The notes: generated by a model not told the origin, from the sequence alone. A stretch of 64,000 bases of DNA from Octopus sinensis (GCF_006345805.1 NC_043009.1:34534001-34598000), one strand, 5' to 3'; counted from the first letter of the stretch, positions 13,388 to 27,998 are shown. A program made the numbers and translations.

Positions 13388-13505
13388 TTTCATCGTTACG
13401 GGGTCGATGAAATAAGTACCAACTGAGATCTAGGGTTGATCTATTAGACCAGCCCCATCCCCACAAAATTATAGGCCTTATGCCTATAGCAGAAAGGATT
13501 ATCAT
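13388..13505 (+). mobile_element. SINE family B 3' fragment (tail type 2)
   Basis: tttcatc...ggggtcgatgaaataagtacca core plus ccccacaaaatt...ccttatgcc tail. Confidence 0.6.
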
Positions 13506-14537
13506 TATTCAATATGTCCTTGTTTTTTGAAGACTAGGCGTTGTTTGTGGGATATTTTGCTGCTATTTGTATCTCTAGTCGCAATTATCTTATTCCTTCC
13601 TATTTAAGTGTACAATGACAGAAACTATAGTTTTCTGATAAAAAAGAGAGGATGAAGTTCATTTCATGTTTATTCTACAGTCGGTCTTTTAACAGTTTAC
13701 GACGGTTCGTGACGTGGCTAAAGATTTTAAGTAGATCTATATGAAATAGTTTTTCCATCTTTAACTCGTTTGCGCATACACTTAATTTGATTCTCGTATT
13801 CTTTGATATAGATAGCTTTCTTTAAAGAAATTAGCCATCAATTAGATAAAACGTTTTCTAAGATATTCCTTTGAAATTATTTTCTTTAAAACAGACAGAA
13901 AGCTTCTTAGACATTTCTTTGAAGAATTTTCCTATCTTAAGATGTTGGTATTTCAGCAAGAAACAGAATATTCAGTCGAGGATTATGTAATACCATGTAG
14001 CATTAGGAAACATTCACTTCTAACGCTTTTATACAATTAAATTATCTAATCTTGACAACCATGTCACGATTCGTGAATGCAACTGAATGTTCTTCATGTT
14101 CGACGTTTAATTATAGTTCCACAATTTTCAGTTGATTGAATTCTAACTAGTGACAGCCATTTAGTAGTAATAGTGATGATGGTGATGCAGATGTAGTGGT
14201 AAAGGTGTTGATAGAGATTCAACAGCAGTGATGTGTTGGGAATTTAGAGTGATGGTAGTGGTGATAGAGGTGGCGGTAGTGATGCTAGAGGTGGTAGTGG
14301 TGGTGATGATAACTGTGATTTAATAGTTGAGTTGATAATTATAATGTTGATTTAAAAGTTCTTATAACTGGGACTTAAGTACCCCAACTTTGTAGTGTCT
14401 TATAGCCTGAATTATACACCACCTTCTACAGTATCATATATATGCCACTACACTGTTGTATTTTACAGTCGGAATTATACACCTCTCTATAGTGTCTTTT
14501 AGTTGTTTTATAGTTCTGATTTATACACCCTGTAGTG

Positions 14538-14733
14538 CAGTGTTTCTCAGCCGTTTTGTCCCACGTTCCACATTGATTTTCGAATAACTTTGTGCCCCGC
14601 CATAAACGGACAACGTATATAGCCTATATATTCAAAGTTTTAATAGAAAAGATCATTTATTTACTTCTAACTTACTTACACCAAAATATCACAACTCGCC
14701 AATGAGCCGTGCTACTCACCCTGAGAAACACTG
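14538..14733. mobile_element. hAT-type MITE (196 bp)
   Basis: Perfect 13-bp TIR cagtgtttctcag/ctgagaaacactg; 8-bp flanks ctgtagtg/ccgtagtt (6 of 8 match). Confidence 0.8.
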
Positions 14734-14867
14734 CCGTAGTTTCTTACAGTCGCGATTTATAAACACCATCAAACTGTAATACCTTACAGCACACGTACAT
14801 TTTGTGATATATATATATATATGTATATATATATATGCAATATGATATGTGACAATTATTCGGTTGC

Positions 14868-14932
14868 CATAAAAAACTCTGAGTTTCGGATATCGGGGCG
14901 GCAAACTACTCCGGCATCTCGTCAGTTATTAA
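14868..14932 (-). ncRNA. Type I hammerhead motif (weak stem I)
   Basis: Minus strand: aataa CTGACGA gatgccgg...ccgatatc c GAAA ctc a gag TT tttta; next to a TA run. Confidence 0.6.
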
Positions 14933-15017
14933 GATAAACAAAAATGCTATGAAAAAATCTTTTTCATAGCATTCTTGTTTGTCTTAATAACGTTCCTCTG
15001 TTCAAATTAGACTGCAC

Positions 15018-18000
15018 ATGGACACCCTTGACACCATTCTGAGAACTGAGTTCACCAAGAATGACAAAAAGGATAGAGAAAGCCCTCCCCCGGACCCAGC
15101 GATCCCTCAAAAGAACAAAACCAAAGCCATAACAGAGAGGCCTGCAAACGAAGGAAACAACGATACTGGTCCTGTTTCCAACAAGTTAGAAGACGAAAGA
15201 GTTGAGAGGGCCGAAAAAGGCAAAGAAAAACATAAAACCGACAAAACAAAAGCTGTCAGAAACAAAGAAGTGCGTGGAATAAAAGAAAGGGAAAATGAAG
15301 AAACAACAAAAGATGTTGGGACGAAGCAGAAAACCCCCAACAAAAGCCACTGGAGTTAAAAAACAAAAGCAGAAGCTTTTGCAAATTTTACCTGCAAGAG
15401 AACTGCCGGCACGGTAATGATGGTGCAAACTGTCAGTTTGCACATCAGAAGCCTTACCAAAACTGCATGGGCCCAAAACAATACTCCCTTCCACGAAGAG
15501 GATAAAAAGAAATGCACCAAAGAAGAAAAAAATGGCACACTGTTTACTCCCCAAAGACGATATGCAGATATAGTGCGTAACCCAACAAACAGCCGGATGT
15601 GGGTAGCAGCTGAACGACAATCTTTTTTGTGCATGGCACAAAAGATTGTCCGGCAGCTGACCTGGCTACAAACACAAACTTGGAACTACACCCACTACCA
15701 CACAAGGCCACCACCACCAATAAATACCGGATAGCCACCACTAACACCAACGCAGACGTCACAAAAATATTTCTTCTAAATATCGCAGGGCTGTTGCACG
15801 TCAACAGTAAAACAAAAATCTCGTTCTTGAGAGAGCTTGCTGCATGCAATCAAGTTCTATGCATAGCACTTGTGGAAACGCATCTTAGACCGGATATAAG
15901 GGATGCAGAAATACCACAATATGTTGTCATACGCTGGGATAGAAAGGAGAGGAGCCATGGTGGAGTTGATGTGTACATCCGAGAGGACCTCACACCTTAG
16001 GTCCTGTTGTCATATTTAAATTCAGTGTGTGACACTCAAATTGTACACATAAGACAACTTAATGTTGTCATATGTACTACATATTGTCCACTGGATGCTC
16101 CAAATCATGCGGGTAAGTTTGAAGACTGCCTAGCAAAGATAGAAGTTCTCACCAAATTGGAACAATACATCAGTGTATTCCTGGGGGGCCAGACACTCCC
16201 AAGAATGGCATACCACCAGCAAGCACAGGCGGATTCCTTACTCCACCTTATCAATGATTCTTTCATGGAGCAAATTGTGTTGCAATCAACCAGGGCAAAT
16301 AATATACTGGATATCTGCTTCACAAACAATACGGACATTATCCATAATGTTAGAGTGACACTGACGTTGGTTTCGGATCACAAATAAACAGAACTATCTA
16401 TGTATGGACCAAAAACCGCTGCAGACGTACAGCCTATACAAAGCACCCAAAATGTCTCCAAACTGAATTTTCATAAAGCAAACTGGAAGTTGATTGAGAA
16501 AGAGATCCTCAAATAGGATTGGCCTAAATGTCTCAAAGCATCAGACATTGACATGAAACACAAACATTTCATGTTCATAATGCAAGCCATACGTGACAAA
16601 TCTGTCCCAGAGCGCAGGGCCAGCATACACAAAAACAGGATCCCTCTGTAAGGAAGATTCTTATGAGACGACGTATTAGAGATTGCGAACTGCCTGAACA
16701 AGCGCCCCAAAAGTGATGAGAAGTCTTTCCTGGAGAGAACGCTGTTGGAGATTGAGAAAAGTCTGCATCAATCTTACGAAAAGGAGAGAGTAGATAAAGG
16801 AACTTGGGTTATAGAAAGTATCAAGTCGAACGCTAAAGCTTTCTTTAAGTTTGCCAAAGAAACAGCCTCAGTACACCACAAGATAGGGCCCCTCTTCCAA
16901 AAAGATGGCCCCTCACAGGAAATCCAATGAGTATAAGTGAAATACTGAACTAACAGTTCCAAAGTGTATTTACTACATCTCTGGGATATAGGCAAGTGAA
17001 CAAACCAGCGGACCTCTTTGCAAATTTACCTGTAACCAAAGAGGTGATAATTGATTATACCAACATTAAAGATGTAACACTGGCCATAGATGAAATTGAC
17101 ACAAACTCAGCTGTTGGCCCTTCTCAAATCGTGCAAACGAGCCCTTGCAAAACCATTGAAGCTTCTTTTTCAGAATCTTCTTGCAAGTGGTAAGTTCCTA
17201 GACAAACTGAAGGAAGGGATAATATGCCGTATCCATAAAGGAGGAGGCAGAGTAGATGCTAAAAATTATATGCCTATCTCTTTAACCCCACATATCAGCA
17301 AAGTCATGGAATGAATAGCCTGCAAGAAACTAATCGCGTTTCTTGAAGAAAATGACTTGCTGATTGACACCCAGTATGGATTTCGACCAGGTAGAAGTTG
17401 CCTGACACAGCTCTTGCAACATTACGACTGGGTGTTAAAACAGCTGCTAAATGACTCAAGTGTGGATGTAATATATCTCGACTTTGCAAAAGCCTTTGAT
17501 AAAGTCAACTGTGGTATATGTCACAAACTGCGTGATCTCGGCATAGTCGGAAAACTTGGAGACTTTCTAAAAGATAGACGTCAGGCAGGGTGGCCAATGT
17601 AGCTACCTCAACGGAAACATAAATAGCAAGTGGTGTTTCATAGGGCATTGTCTTAAGGGCTACTGCTATTCACAGTGGCCCTCTCAGATATATCTTCAGC
17701 TGCTCAGATAACCATCCTTGCTAGCTATGCAGATGACACAAAAGTCTCTCAGACAATACAAAATCTTGGAAATATTGTGCATCTACAACGGGAGTTGGGT
17801 GCAATATACAACTGGGCTGAGGAAAACAACATGCAGTTTAATGCAGGAAAATTCCAAGCCCTGCACTACGAGCACACAAAGCCGAATTACATGCAGACAG
17901 GAATTACATGCAGACAGGATACACTGGCCTGGGAAGAATTGCAATCCCTGAATAAAAATCAGTGTGTGACTTAGGCATTGACATGAACAATGATTTACCT

Positions 18001-18080
18001 TTCCAGGTGCATATTACCAATTTGATAATAAAATGCAGATGGCTAGCTAGATGGATCCTACGAATTTCTGAAACAAGAGA
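15018..18080 (+). mobile_element. Decayed CR1-like LINE: ORF1 with CCCH-like Cys motif, APE endonuclease and RT; 3' end missing
   Basis: CKFYLQENCRHG..CQFAH; IFLLNIAGL..ALVETHL..DRKERSHGGV; QYGFRPGRSCLTQLL; IYLDFAKAFDKV; YADDTK; stops and frameshifts throughout. Confidence 0.88.
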
Positions 18081-19906
18081 AAGATGTAACTGCAGAATTA
18101 AATCAAAATGCCCGGCCCCTGATTTATGCGGGTTAATTAACATAATCTATAAGTGCTCCGTAACCACAGATAATAATAAGTTCTCTTATGTTGGATGCAC
18201 TGTAAATTTTAAACAGAGATTGAATAATCATCTCTCATCTTTTAAATTACGTCATAAGGCTGATAGCACTACTCTTTCTAGTAAAATTTGGGAACTAAAA
18301 AACAATAATATCAAATATAACCTAAATTGGGAATTAATCAGAAGAGCAAAACCCTATAAAAATAGCAGAGTAGGCTGCCAACTTTGCTCCATGGAAGCAT
18401 TTGAAATACTAATGTATAAAAATAATGGAGAAATTCAATTAAACAGCAGAATTGAACTTGGAAATTCTTGTATACATGCTCGGTTTAAGACTCTTAAATA
18501 TTTTAAATGATATTTTAAATCATATCTCAATTGATAACTGTATACTGGAATCATTTTACATAAAATTCATTTTGACTTACATATCACTCCTACTTAGTAT
18601 ATATTTAACTAGAAAGATAAGTTCTAACTAGCTATGATTATAATTTTTCTCTCTCTGATGGTACTATTTGATACTTATTGACTTAAATTATTTATTTGAT
18701 TTATTTCTATTGGACCATATTATTAATAAATTAATTTTATCTCCATTTCTTAGTCTATTTTTTATCCCATTACAAACTTTAGTTAGTTAATTCTCTTAAT
18801 TTCTTTTAAATTTTTAAAATTAATTTCTGCTAATACCAGACCTATAGTAGTGTATTGTGATGTGATATAATTTATCAAAATAAAATAATATAATATAGTG
18901 TAGTGTATTATAGTTTAGTATAATAATAATATAATTGTTTAATTTCATTTAATATTTTCATTTAATAACATTATGTATGTTTTATAGTTTAGTATAATAA
19001 TAATATAATAGTTTAATTTCATTTAAAAACAACCCCATTTTTCTTTCCTTTCTAATGACCTCTTTGTAACCTGACAATCTATTAATAGTAACATTTATAA
19101 ATAAAGAAATAAATTGTTGACCTCAGTTAGAATTTGTTCCAAACAAACTTAGACTTTTTTGTTAGTATCAAATTGTGCCCATCCCCTTAGCTTCCCCTTT
19201 CCTTTCTCTTTGACAGCTTAAATAGCAGTAACTGATTAAATTCCTACCCCCTTCCTCCTCTTTCTGTGATTCTTGAATATTTCATTAACTACCTGAACCA
19301 CTACAATATAAGGCTGTCATTTTTGCTTCTCATTCGGACTCCCTGATATTTTCGCATGATTGTACCCTAAATCCCTCCACAAAACTGGATTACGAACTAT
19401 AAGGACATACAAAAATTTGTAAGTTCTAGACTTTTTCATCAGATCTCCAAAAAAATCGAACTTATCTGCGATTCTTGTTAATTTCAATAACAATCTGTTC
19501 CTCTACACGACATGACAGTCACTATGTTATTACTCAGACTTTCCTCTACATGATGTGGCAGGTACTTTGCCTCTTACTCGGATTTTCAGAAATTTTGCAT
19601 GACTGTATCCGAAAATTTCTTCATACAACTTGATCAAATATTCAATATGAGCTATATGTAGACATGCATAAATTCTATAGGTTTAAAACCTTTCATCTGA
19701 TCTCCATGAATCGAACTTTCTTCAATGCAGTTAATCCTACAACCTCTTTTATATCTACCCCTTTTGATGTTTGGGAATTCTCTGATATGTTTTCGGCTGA
19801 CGAGTACGAGCCATCTGTATTCACTGCATTTTTTGTAGCTTATTAAAGATGTCCTCGTACGAAACGATCGTACCGAGATTTTAATCCATTCTTGTTGCTT
19901 TTTTCC
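18081..19906 (+). mobile_element. 5'-truncated Penelope-like element (Naiad-type GIY-YIG, long 3' UTR, terminal HHR) ending in (TA)n
   Basis: Open CNCRIKSKCP...IIYKC...YVGCT..FKQRLNNH...CQLC..E...LNSRIE...CIH to stop at 18510; HHR at 19791. Confidence 0.85.
19791..19878 (+). ncRNA. Type I hammerhead ribozyme
   Basis: tttcgg CTGACGA gtacgag...ctcgtac GAAA cgatcg TA ccgaga; palindromic stem III ACGATCGT; predicted cut after A19872. Confidence 0.88.
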
Positions 19907-19938
<32 letters not shown>

Positions 19939-19953
19939 CACATACATATACAT

Positions 19954-20049
<96 letters not shown>

Positions 20050-20050
20050 G

Positions 20051-20595
20051 TTGGGTCATCCCATTAAAAATGCTGTTTTTTATACTTCTTTTATTCTAAA
20101 AAATTAAGATAAAGTTCTTTTTTAATCTAAAATACCCTCTCCTTAATTTTCTACAATGCTATTCCATCTATCTGGTAGATTTGCAAGATCCCTCTTCCAA
20201 AATTCTCTTGTCCGTGACGAAAAATACTCCACCAGTACTGTTCTGACCTCGCCTACAGAATTTATATTTTTTCCGTCCAAATCATTTTGAAGACTGCGGA
20301 ATAAATGGCAATCAGATGGGGCTATGTCCTGCGAATATGCTGGGTGGGGCATCGTTTTCCATTCAAACTGCTCCAACCTTTGGAATATCAACCTCTCGCT
20401 GTATGTGGCCGAACATTATCCTGATGAAAGAAGAACTTTCGTCTTGAAACCAAAGACGGTAGTTTTTCTTCTAGCGCTGGTGTCAACGAATGGTTGAATG
20501 GCCAAATCCATGCCCCTCTGCTGGTTCCTCAACAATTACGATAGGATTTTGTTTCACCGGGGTTTGCAGGACGTCCTCGTCGAGCTCTACATATC
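20051..20595 (-). mobile_element. Mariner remnant (transposase C-terminus and one TIR), internally deleted
   Basis: HQDNVRPH...HPAYSQDIAPSDCHLFRSLQN...W; TIR-like ttgggtcatcccattaaaaatgc beside TA run. Confidence 0.8.
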
Positions 20596-20718
20596 TTTTC
20601 TTTCTCTCTCTTTTTCTCTCTCCCTCTTTTCCTTTCTTTCTCCCTCTTTTTCTCTAATCACGTGAAAGCGTGACGGACGGGCTAAGTAACACAGTGACAA
20701 GTAGAATTATAACTTCAA

Positions 20719-20893
20719 AGCGGCGAATCGGCAGAATCGTTAGCACGCTGGACAAAATGCTTTTGTTTGAATCTGAATTCAAATTCTACCGATGGGAGCT
20801 TTGTCTTTCACCATATCGGGGTCAACAAAATAAGTACCAGTTCATCTCTCCCCGACAATTGCTGACCTTGTGTAAAAATTTGAAAGTATTATT
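20719..20893 (+). mobile_element. Degenerate SINE family B
   Basis: ggcagaatcgttagcacgctggacaaaatgc head and ggggtcaacaaaataagtaccag core. Confidence 0.65.
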
Positions 20894-21068
20894 ACCTTCA
20901 CTGTATTCTGATGACAAAACTGGGAGACATGAAACGTTAACGAAATAATGGCTTGAGTAAAAGCAGACAAAAATTACGAGCAGACCTTAAAATATAGATC
21001 TCAGAGCACGGTCATATCTTTAATACATGTTTTGAAAAGAAAGCTGATTAAACACACACACACACACA

Positions 21069-21110
<42 letters not shown>

Positions 21111-21495
21111 ACACATACACACACATACACACACACATACACACACACACAATCACGTATGTAGAGAAACATACATAGACAAGGCGCGCACACACACATA
21201 TTTCTTTTCCGCGTTTGCAATATATTATTTTATCGCCATTTTCTGTCTACTACTACAAATTCTGGAGTCTCCAGAAATGCTATCACTTTTCATAGATAAG
21301 GAGAAAAAAAATCGCATCACACTTTGGAGAGTTATTATACATTACGAAGAAAACTAACGAAACTATCAACACAAGAGCAATTTAGCAGTTAATAACGTGG
21401 AATGACATACAGTTTGTTCATACCTGCATAAACATATATATTATATGTGTGCGTGTATTTACGTATTTATGTATGTATGTGTTTGAATGTGGTGA

Positions 21496-21632
<137 letters not shown>

Positions 21633-21928
21633 CTTCAATGTTCTTGAAGAAGTGACAGTTTTCAAATATGATAACCATATCTTGAAGAGAATAGCTTCTA
21701 TAAATCTTCAGATTTTCTTTTGAACTCGTATTCCTTTTTGTGACTTTTATTCAAGAAAAGTAGGTGTAAGTGTCTCTATGTGCAAATGTGTGTGTGGTGT
21801 GTGTGTGTGTGTGTGTGTAGGTGAACCGTATCTCTATGCTCTTAATTGCTTGTGTCGTGATACTATCTTTTTGTGTGCGTCCGGAAAGGAACATATAGGA
21901 TGAGTGAGTGAGAGAGAGAGAGAGAGAG

Positions 21929-21977
<49 letters not shown>

Positions 21978-22570
21978 AAAGGGGATTGGAGGAAATTGAA
22001 AGTAGAGATAAATTGTGAAAGAAAGCAACAATGTGTATTTGTATACAAACTTCGACATCACACACACGCACACACTCAAATACATTTTACACGCAGACAG
22101 AGATATGCCCCTCTCTCTCCTTCTTCCACCTCTCTCCCGCTTCTCCCCCTCTCTCTCTCTATATATATAAAGAGAGAGAAAGATAGAAAGCTAGGTCTTT
22201 TTTTCATGCAACCAAATCTACAAAGAAATAGTTGAAGATACACTTGAAGTGTTTGAGGATATTTTTATAACCTTGTATTCATCTATAGGTACACATGTCT
22301 TTAATGGGTATGTATGTATGTATACACACATACACACACACACGCAGGCATGCACACACATATATCCATATTACAAACAGCTGCATGAATACACGTAATT
22401 TCAAGCAATCACATAGACTCACATATAAAGTATAAGGCTTGTATCGTCATGGCTTGAAATCCAGTATAAGAGATAAATATTATTGAACAGCATTTATCTC
22501 TTACCAGATGGAGTACTTATTTTGTTGATCTTACTTTCACGGAACAGTATACTATACACATATATATAAT

Positions 22571-23803
22571 CTACCCTTATTACAACACATAACCCAAGAA
22601 ACTCAGAGGTTTACAATATTACCCAGCAGAACATCCTACAACTAAAATAAGATACAAGAATGGAATAAACATTTGAAATACACAAAATAATAAAAAGTAA
22701 AAGACAATCAAAGTTCCCCCCAAAATTCCTCAAAAATTGTGGCCGCCCCAATTGCGAGACCTGCGTCAACAGTATTGAAGACACAACAAGCAAATTCAAA
22801 TCAGGACAGACTTTTACCGTAAAAAATCACTTTACATGTTCTTCAAGGAATTAAATATAGGCTATCAAATGTCAAGGATGTAATGAAGATTACATAGCCC
22901 AAACAAAGCTTACTCTAAGAAATAGACTGACCATTTACCGACAACAAATACGAGACCTCAGTACTAGATAGATTCCACTGAATGGTCACATAGACATATG
23001 TGCAAAAAACAGTCTCTCAAATTCCTGGTCTTCCCACTCTATCTATGTCCAGCGAATACCGCCGATGAAGCACGGATAAACAAAGAAAATATTTTCATAC
23101 AAAAGTACAAACCAAAACTTTACAAACTTTAACAGAGTACATACACAAATAACTATTCACACACAAAATTCATTCTGCCGTTTATGAGAAAGTTACACAG
23201 CTAACAACCTAAATTTTAGCCATTGGACTACATACAAACGACTTCTGTCCACCCTCCCACCAGACAGATTAAATTTGGAGTGCCTTGATTATAACTAAAC
23301 ATGTTCATTCAACCGTGTCGGCCTTCACTTTAGGTGCTAAATATAATATCATGTGACACTAACACACGGACGTAGCGGGAAACGTACAAAACTTAATCAT
23401 GTATTCATTCTCTACAAACACTTGACAGAAAACATTCAGTGCATTTGATTGTTTGACATGTTCAGTCAACTGTGTCAGCCTTAGCTTACGACGCCAAACA
23501 TTGTCACTTGATACTAACTCACGGACGTAGCGGGAACCAACAAAAATTTCTAAGCCCAGTCATGTGACTATCCTCTACCAATCAAATCCTATTTAAAACA
23601 TATACTAATTTGAGCCATAGACTCCCTATAAAAACAGGGCAAACTTTAAACGCTAATCAGAAGCAAGACAACTGCACATAAGCCACGTCTTTCTATTTGA
23701 ACTTTTTGAAGATCAGTGTAAACTGTGAAACCGGTTAAATATTTGAATGTATTAATAAAAATATTTTAAGTATTCCCAGTACAATTTCAATTTCTATTTT
23801 CCC
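22571..23803 (+). mobile_element. 5'-truncated, decayed Penelope-like element (Neptune-type), TA runs on both sides
   Basis: ITTHNPRN...CGRPNCETC...FTCSSRN*I*AIKCQGCNEDYIAQTKLTLRNR...KENIFIQKYKPKL; ~155-bp tandem duplication in 3' UTR; HHR remnant near the end. Confidence 0.82.
23701..23742 (+). ncRNA. Degenerate minimal hammerhead (C3 mutated)
   Basis: cttt TTGAAGA t cagt gtaa actg t GAAA ccgg TT aaa; palindrome ACCGGT. Confidence 0.5.
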
Positions 23804-24701
23804 TATATAGATATATATACATCGGACCTTATATGATATCTGACTTATTCTTAAACGAAAGGGATGTCGTATTGAGTATTTTAATCTTAGAAACACTAAG
23901 ACAGAAAACAAAGATGGGATGCCTGAAATAACATTTTTTATTGATCTTCTTACAAACGGCAACAAAAATAATATTGATATGAACAAATTAAAAGGTAGAT
24001 TAAAGGGAATAAACAAAAGCTATCTATAATAACCAGCAAAAAGAGAGGACGAGATTAATTTGAAATATTCCTTCTCTCATCCATCTTCTTACACCACCAT
24101 AATGAAAACATCAGAAATGTTACATGTTAGACGTGCAGTATACATAAGGAGATAGTTTAACTGAGTTGGAAGATGGTTACAAGTCACCAGTCTCAAATCA
24201 GAAACTATATATTATTGTAGCAGGGCAACGTCAAAGATTGTTATCGATTTTACACAGACTTATAATTAATGAACGGCGGGTAAAAGAGGAAAGGAGTGTG
24301 TGTGGGAGGAGAGAATAACTTGTTATAACTAATCACATTGAGCAGTAGAATTTCTAGTTTGAACAGATTTATAGATATTTGTTTAGTTTGGGGTTGAAGA
24401 TTTGGTGGTTCAAGAAATAAATTTAAAAAACAGACACTAAAGAGAAAAAGCAGAAAGGAAAGGGGGGAAATTAATAAATTATGATTTCAAGTCATGTTCA
24501 CAATACATCTGCGGAAATTATAACAATGCGAGTATGCAATATATGAATCCAAACGTGCTTGTATGCAAGTATCCCTGTATGCACGAAAGTGTGTATATAT
24601 TTATGCATGCATTATCTATTTATTTATGTATATGTGTGTGTTTATGTATCTAGCAGTTAGCTTACGTAAGTAAGCATGTATGTACGCATGTTTCTTTCTT
24701 T

Positions 24702-24918
<217 letters not shown>

Positions 24919-25006
24919 TGTAAAGTGGGTTCCTCCCACTGGTGTGATGTGTGACTGCCGTTGTACTGTAGTTGCTGCTTTACGCTAGTATCCAGAATAA
25001 TTACTA

Positions 25007-25183
25007 TTTCTTTACTGCCCACAAGGGGCTACACACAGGGGACAAACAAGGACAGACAAAGGGATTAAGTCGATTACATCGACCCCAGCGCGTAACTGGT
25101 ACTTAATTTATCGACCCCGAAAGGATGAAAGGCAAAGTCGACCTTGGCGGAATTTGAACTCCGAACGTAACGGCAGACGAAAT
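25007..25183 (-). mobile_element. 5'-truncated SINE family B (tail type 1)
   Basis: 13-bp TSD agaataattacta at 24994-25006 and 25184-25196; matches the 25504 copy. Confidence 0.88.
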
Positions 25184-25503
25184 AGAATAATTACTAGTCG
25201 TCGGATACCGTTGTATATCTTCGTACCGGAACAGCAATACACAAACTTCTGTCTTACTATCTCTGATAGCTCCACAAGACACCGACTAGAACTGGCAGCT
25301 GGTTTATTTTTAATGGCTGGTCCTACCACTTTTTACCGGGAGGGCTATACCGTTTCACTATAAATCTTCCCTATTAATTATTTTAACGATCAATTCCTTT
25401 TATTCACCCCACCTCCTTTTTTTATATACTCTTTTTTACTCTTTTTACTCTTTTACTCAATATCTTTTCTTCTTTCATATAGCCAATCCATCGGTATTTC
25501 TAA

Positions 25504-25733
25504 GGCGGCGAGCTGGGAGAAACGTTAGCACGCCGGACGAAATGCTTTGCAGTATTTCGCCCGTCGTTACGTTCTGAGTTCAAATTCCGCCGAAGTCGAC
25601 TTTGCCTTTCATCCTTTCGGGGTCGATTAAATCAGTACCAGTTACGCACTGGGTCGATATAAGCGACTTAATCTGTCTGTCTGTCCTTGTTTGTCCTCTC
25701 TGTGTTTAGCCCCTTGTGGGTAGTAAAGAAATA
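25504..25733 (+). mobile_element. Full-length tRNA-derived SINE family B (tail type 1)
   Basis: GGCGGCGAGCTGG head, GAGTTCAAATTCC B box; 10-bp TSD ggtatttcta at 25493-25502 and 25734-25743. Confidence 0.9.
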
Positions 25734-25744
25734 GGTATTTCTAC

Positions 25745-26382
25745 TCTTGTTGGTTCCTTTTCTATGAATCTTTCCTGAAGCTGATTTTTGTGTCTCCTTT
25801 CCATTCTATTTCTGCTTACACCAAACATCATTCTTCATGCGTATATTACCATTTCTCCTTCTTCCCAGTATTGCTTGCCATTTTAATACATTCTTACATA
25901 TACGTTATCACTGATTCTAAAGCATTTCAGCATGTATTTTTTCTTCACTGGTAACAGTTTATCGAATACTGATTTCACCTTACTGGCAAACATTAATTCT
26001 GTTGGTGAACTTCTTCCTGGCGCATTTGGGTTCGAAGTTACTTAAGACTTGTTGGATCGTAGCCTCATCCGTGGCTTCCTTATTAGCTTTCTTTAAAGCT
26101 CTCTTAAAAGTGTCCACGAACCGCTCGGCCCTTCCTGTCGATCTAGGGTGATACAGTGCTATACTTTTATGTTCTAACGTGAACATCTCGCCGGACCTTT
26201 TAAACTCACAGGATACAAACTATGTTCCGTTACCAGAGACAATTATATCCGGTACACCAAATCTTGAGAACAGCTCGTGTAAGAAGTTTATTACCGTATA
26301 TGCGGTTGGTCGTTTACACCTCACGACCTCAGACCATTTTGTGTAGCTGTCCACTACTATTATGTAATAATATCCATTTAGA
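25745..26382 (-). pseudogene. Ty3/Gypsy integrase core remnant
   Basis: YIIVVDSYTKWSEV...LFSRFGVPDIIVSGNGT*F...YHPRSTGRAERFVDTFKRAL. Confidence 0.85.
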
Positions 26383-27434
26383 GATAGCTGAAAGCCTTTA
26401 ATTAAATTGAACGATAGTAGAATCTATTACATACTTTTTGTTTTATTTCCTATTTTTAAATATATCATACTTTTCATCTTGCTAAAATTTTAAAATAGTT
26501 TTCAATTTTTAAAATTAAGTTTATATTTCTTAGTATGTTACTATAATAATTTGATAATATTTCAGCATGTCTCTTGATGTTTAAGGATCACAATATTATA
26601 TATATATATGTGAACTGTAGATCAAACTTGTTTATAATCTATTAAGTGAAAAAAATGTTTGTCTTTACACGATAATAATATCTAAGCTCTATACAAGTGG
26701 TTTTTAATCTGAGTCTTGTAACAAAAACATTTACAAAATAATAGTAAATATTAAAGCTACAATTCAGAATTAGTGAGAGTTTTGAGGGATATAAAGGGTG
26801 GGGGTGGGGGTCAATAAATACAGAAAATGATAAGCGGCGCTAAGATGGTTGAATATGAAAACTAAAGGTATAAGGCGATACTTTTGCATTTTTTTCATTA
26901 ACTTATTTGACCATGCTCTCGTTAAGAGAATAACAAATATAATTAGAGAAATTCCTGCTTTTTCTCAAGGGGTCGAAACATAGCCGTTTCGTTCTCTGTC
27001 TGTCTGCGTCTCTTTCACACACTAAAATACATACACGTATGTGTATTTATTTTATTTTGGAAAAATTAAAAAAAGATACATTAACTGATGCGGTTTTCGA
27101 TGCGCTCTACTTACGAAAGCAACGAGATTGTCACGGTTGCAGTACATATTTCGGTTTACACACATACACACATACAATATATATATATATGTATATATAT
27201 ATATAATACGTACACACACACACACACATATATAATATACATATAAACACACACCACACACATAACGCACTTGAAATGCAAATATTTGAAATGTAGGTGC
27301 TCTAAATGATTTACGGCTCTACTTTGTATTGATACACACAACCACATCCAGTCACCATCACCACCAATGCCGCCGCCGCCGCCACACACATAGCATCATA
27401 AGATGTAGTTAATGAGTTATGAACTTATTCACTA

Positions 27435-27854
27435 TACTCTTTTTTACTCTTTTACTCTTTTACTCGTTTCAGTCATTTGACTGCGGCCATGCTGGAGCAC
27501 CGCCTTTAATCGAGCAACTCGACCCCGGGACTTATTTTTTTGTAAGCCCAGTACTTATTCTATCGGTCTCTTTTGCCGAACTGCTAAGTTGCGGGGCCCT
27601 AAACACACCAGCATCGGTTGTCAAGCAATGTTAGGGGGAGAAACACAGACACACAAACACACACACACGCATATATATATATACATATATACGACGGGCT
27701 TCTTTCAGTTTCCGTCTACCAAATCCACTCACAAGGCTTTGGTCGGCCCGAGGCTATAGTAGAAGACACTTGCCCAAGGTGCCATGCAGTGGGACTGAAC
27801 CCGGAACCATGTGGTTGCTAAACAAGCTACTTACCACACAGCCACTCCTGCGCC
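27435..27854 (-). mobile_element. Full-length SINE family A
   Basis: Head GGCGCAGGAGTGGCTGTGTGG (A box), GGTTCAGTCCC (B box), repeat tail. Confidence 0.92.
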
Positions 27855-27929
27855 TGACATGAAAATGCCTAATTCTGCATTTCGTTGATCCGATTTATTT
27901 TCGAACTTTATAACAACTGATTTAGTAGG

Positions 27930-27998
<69 letters not shown>

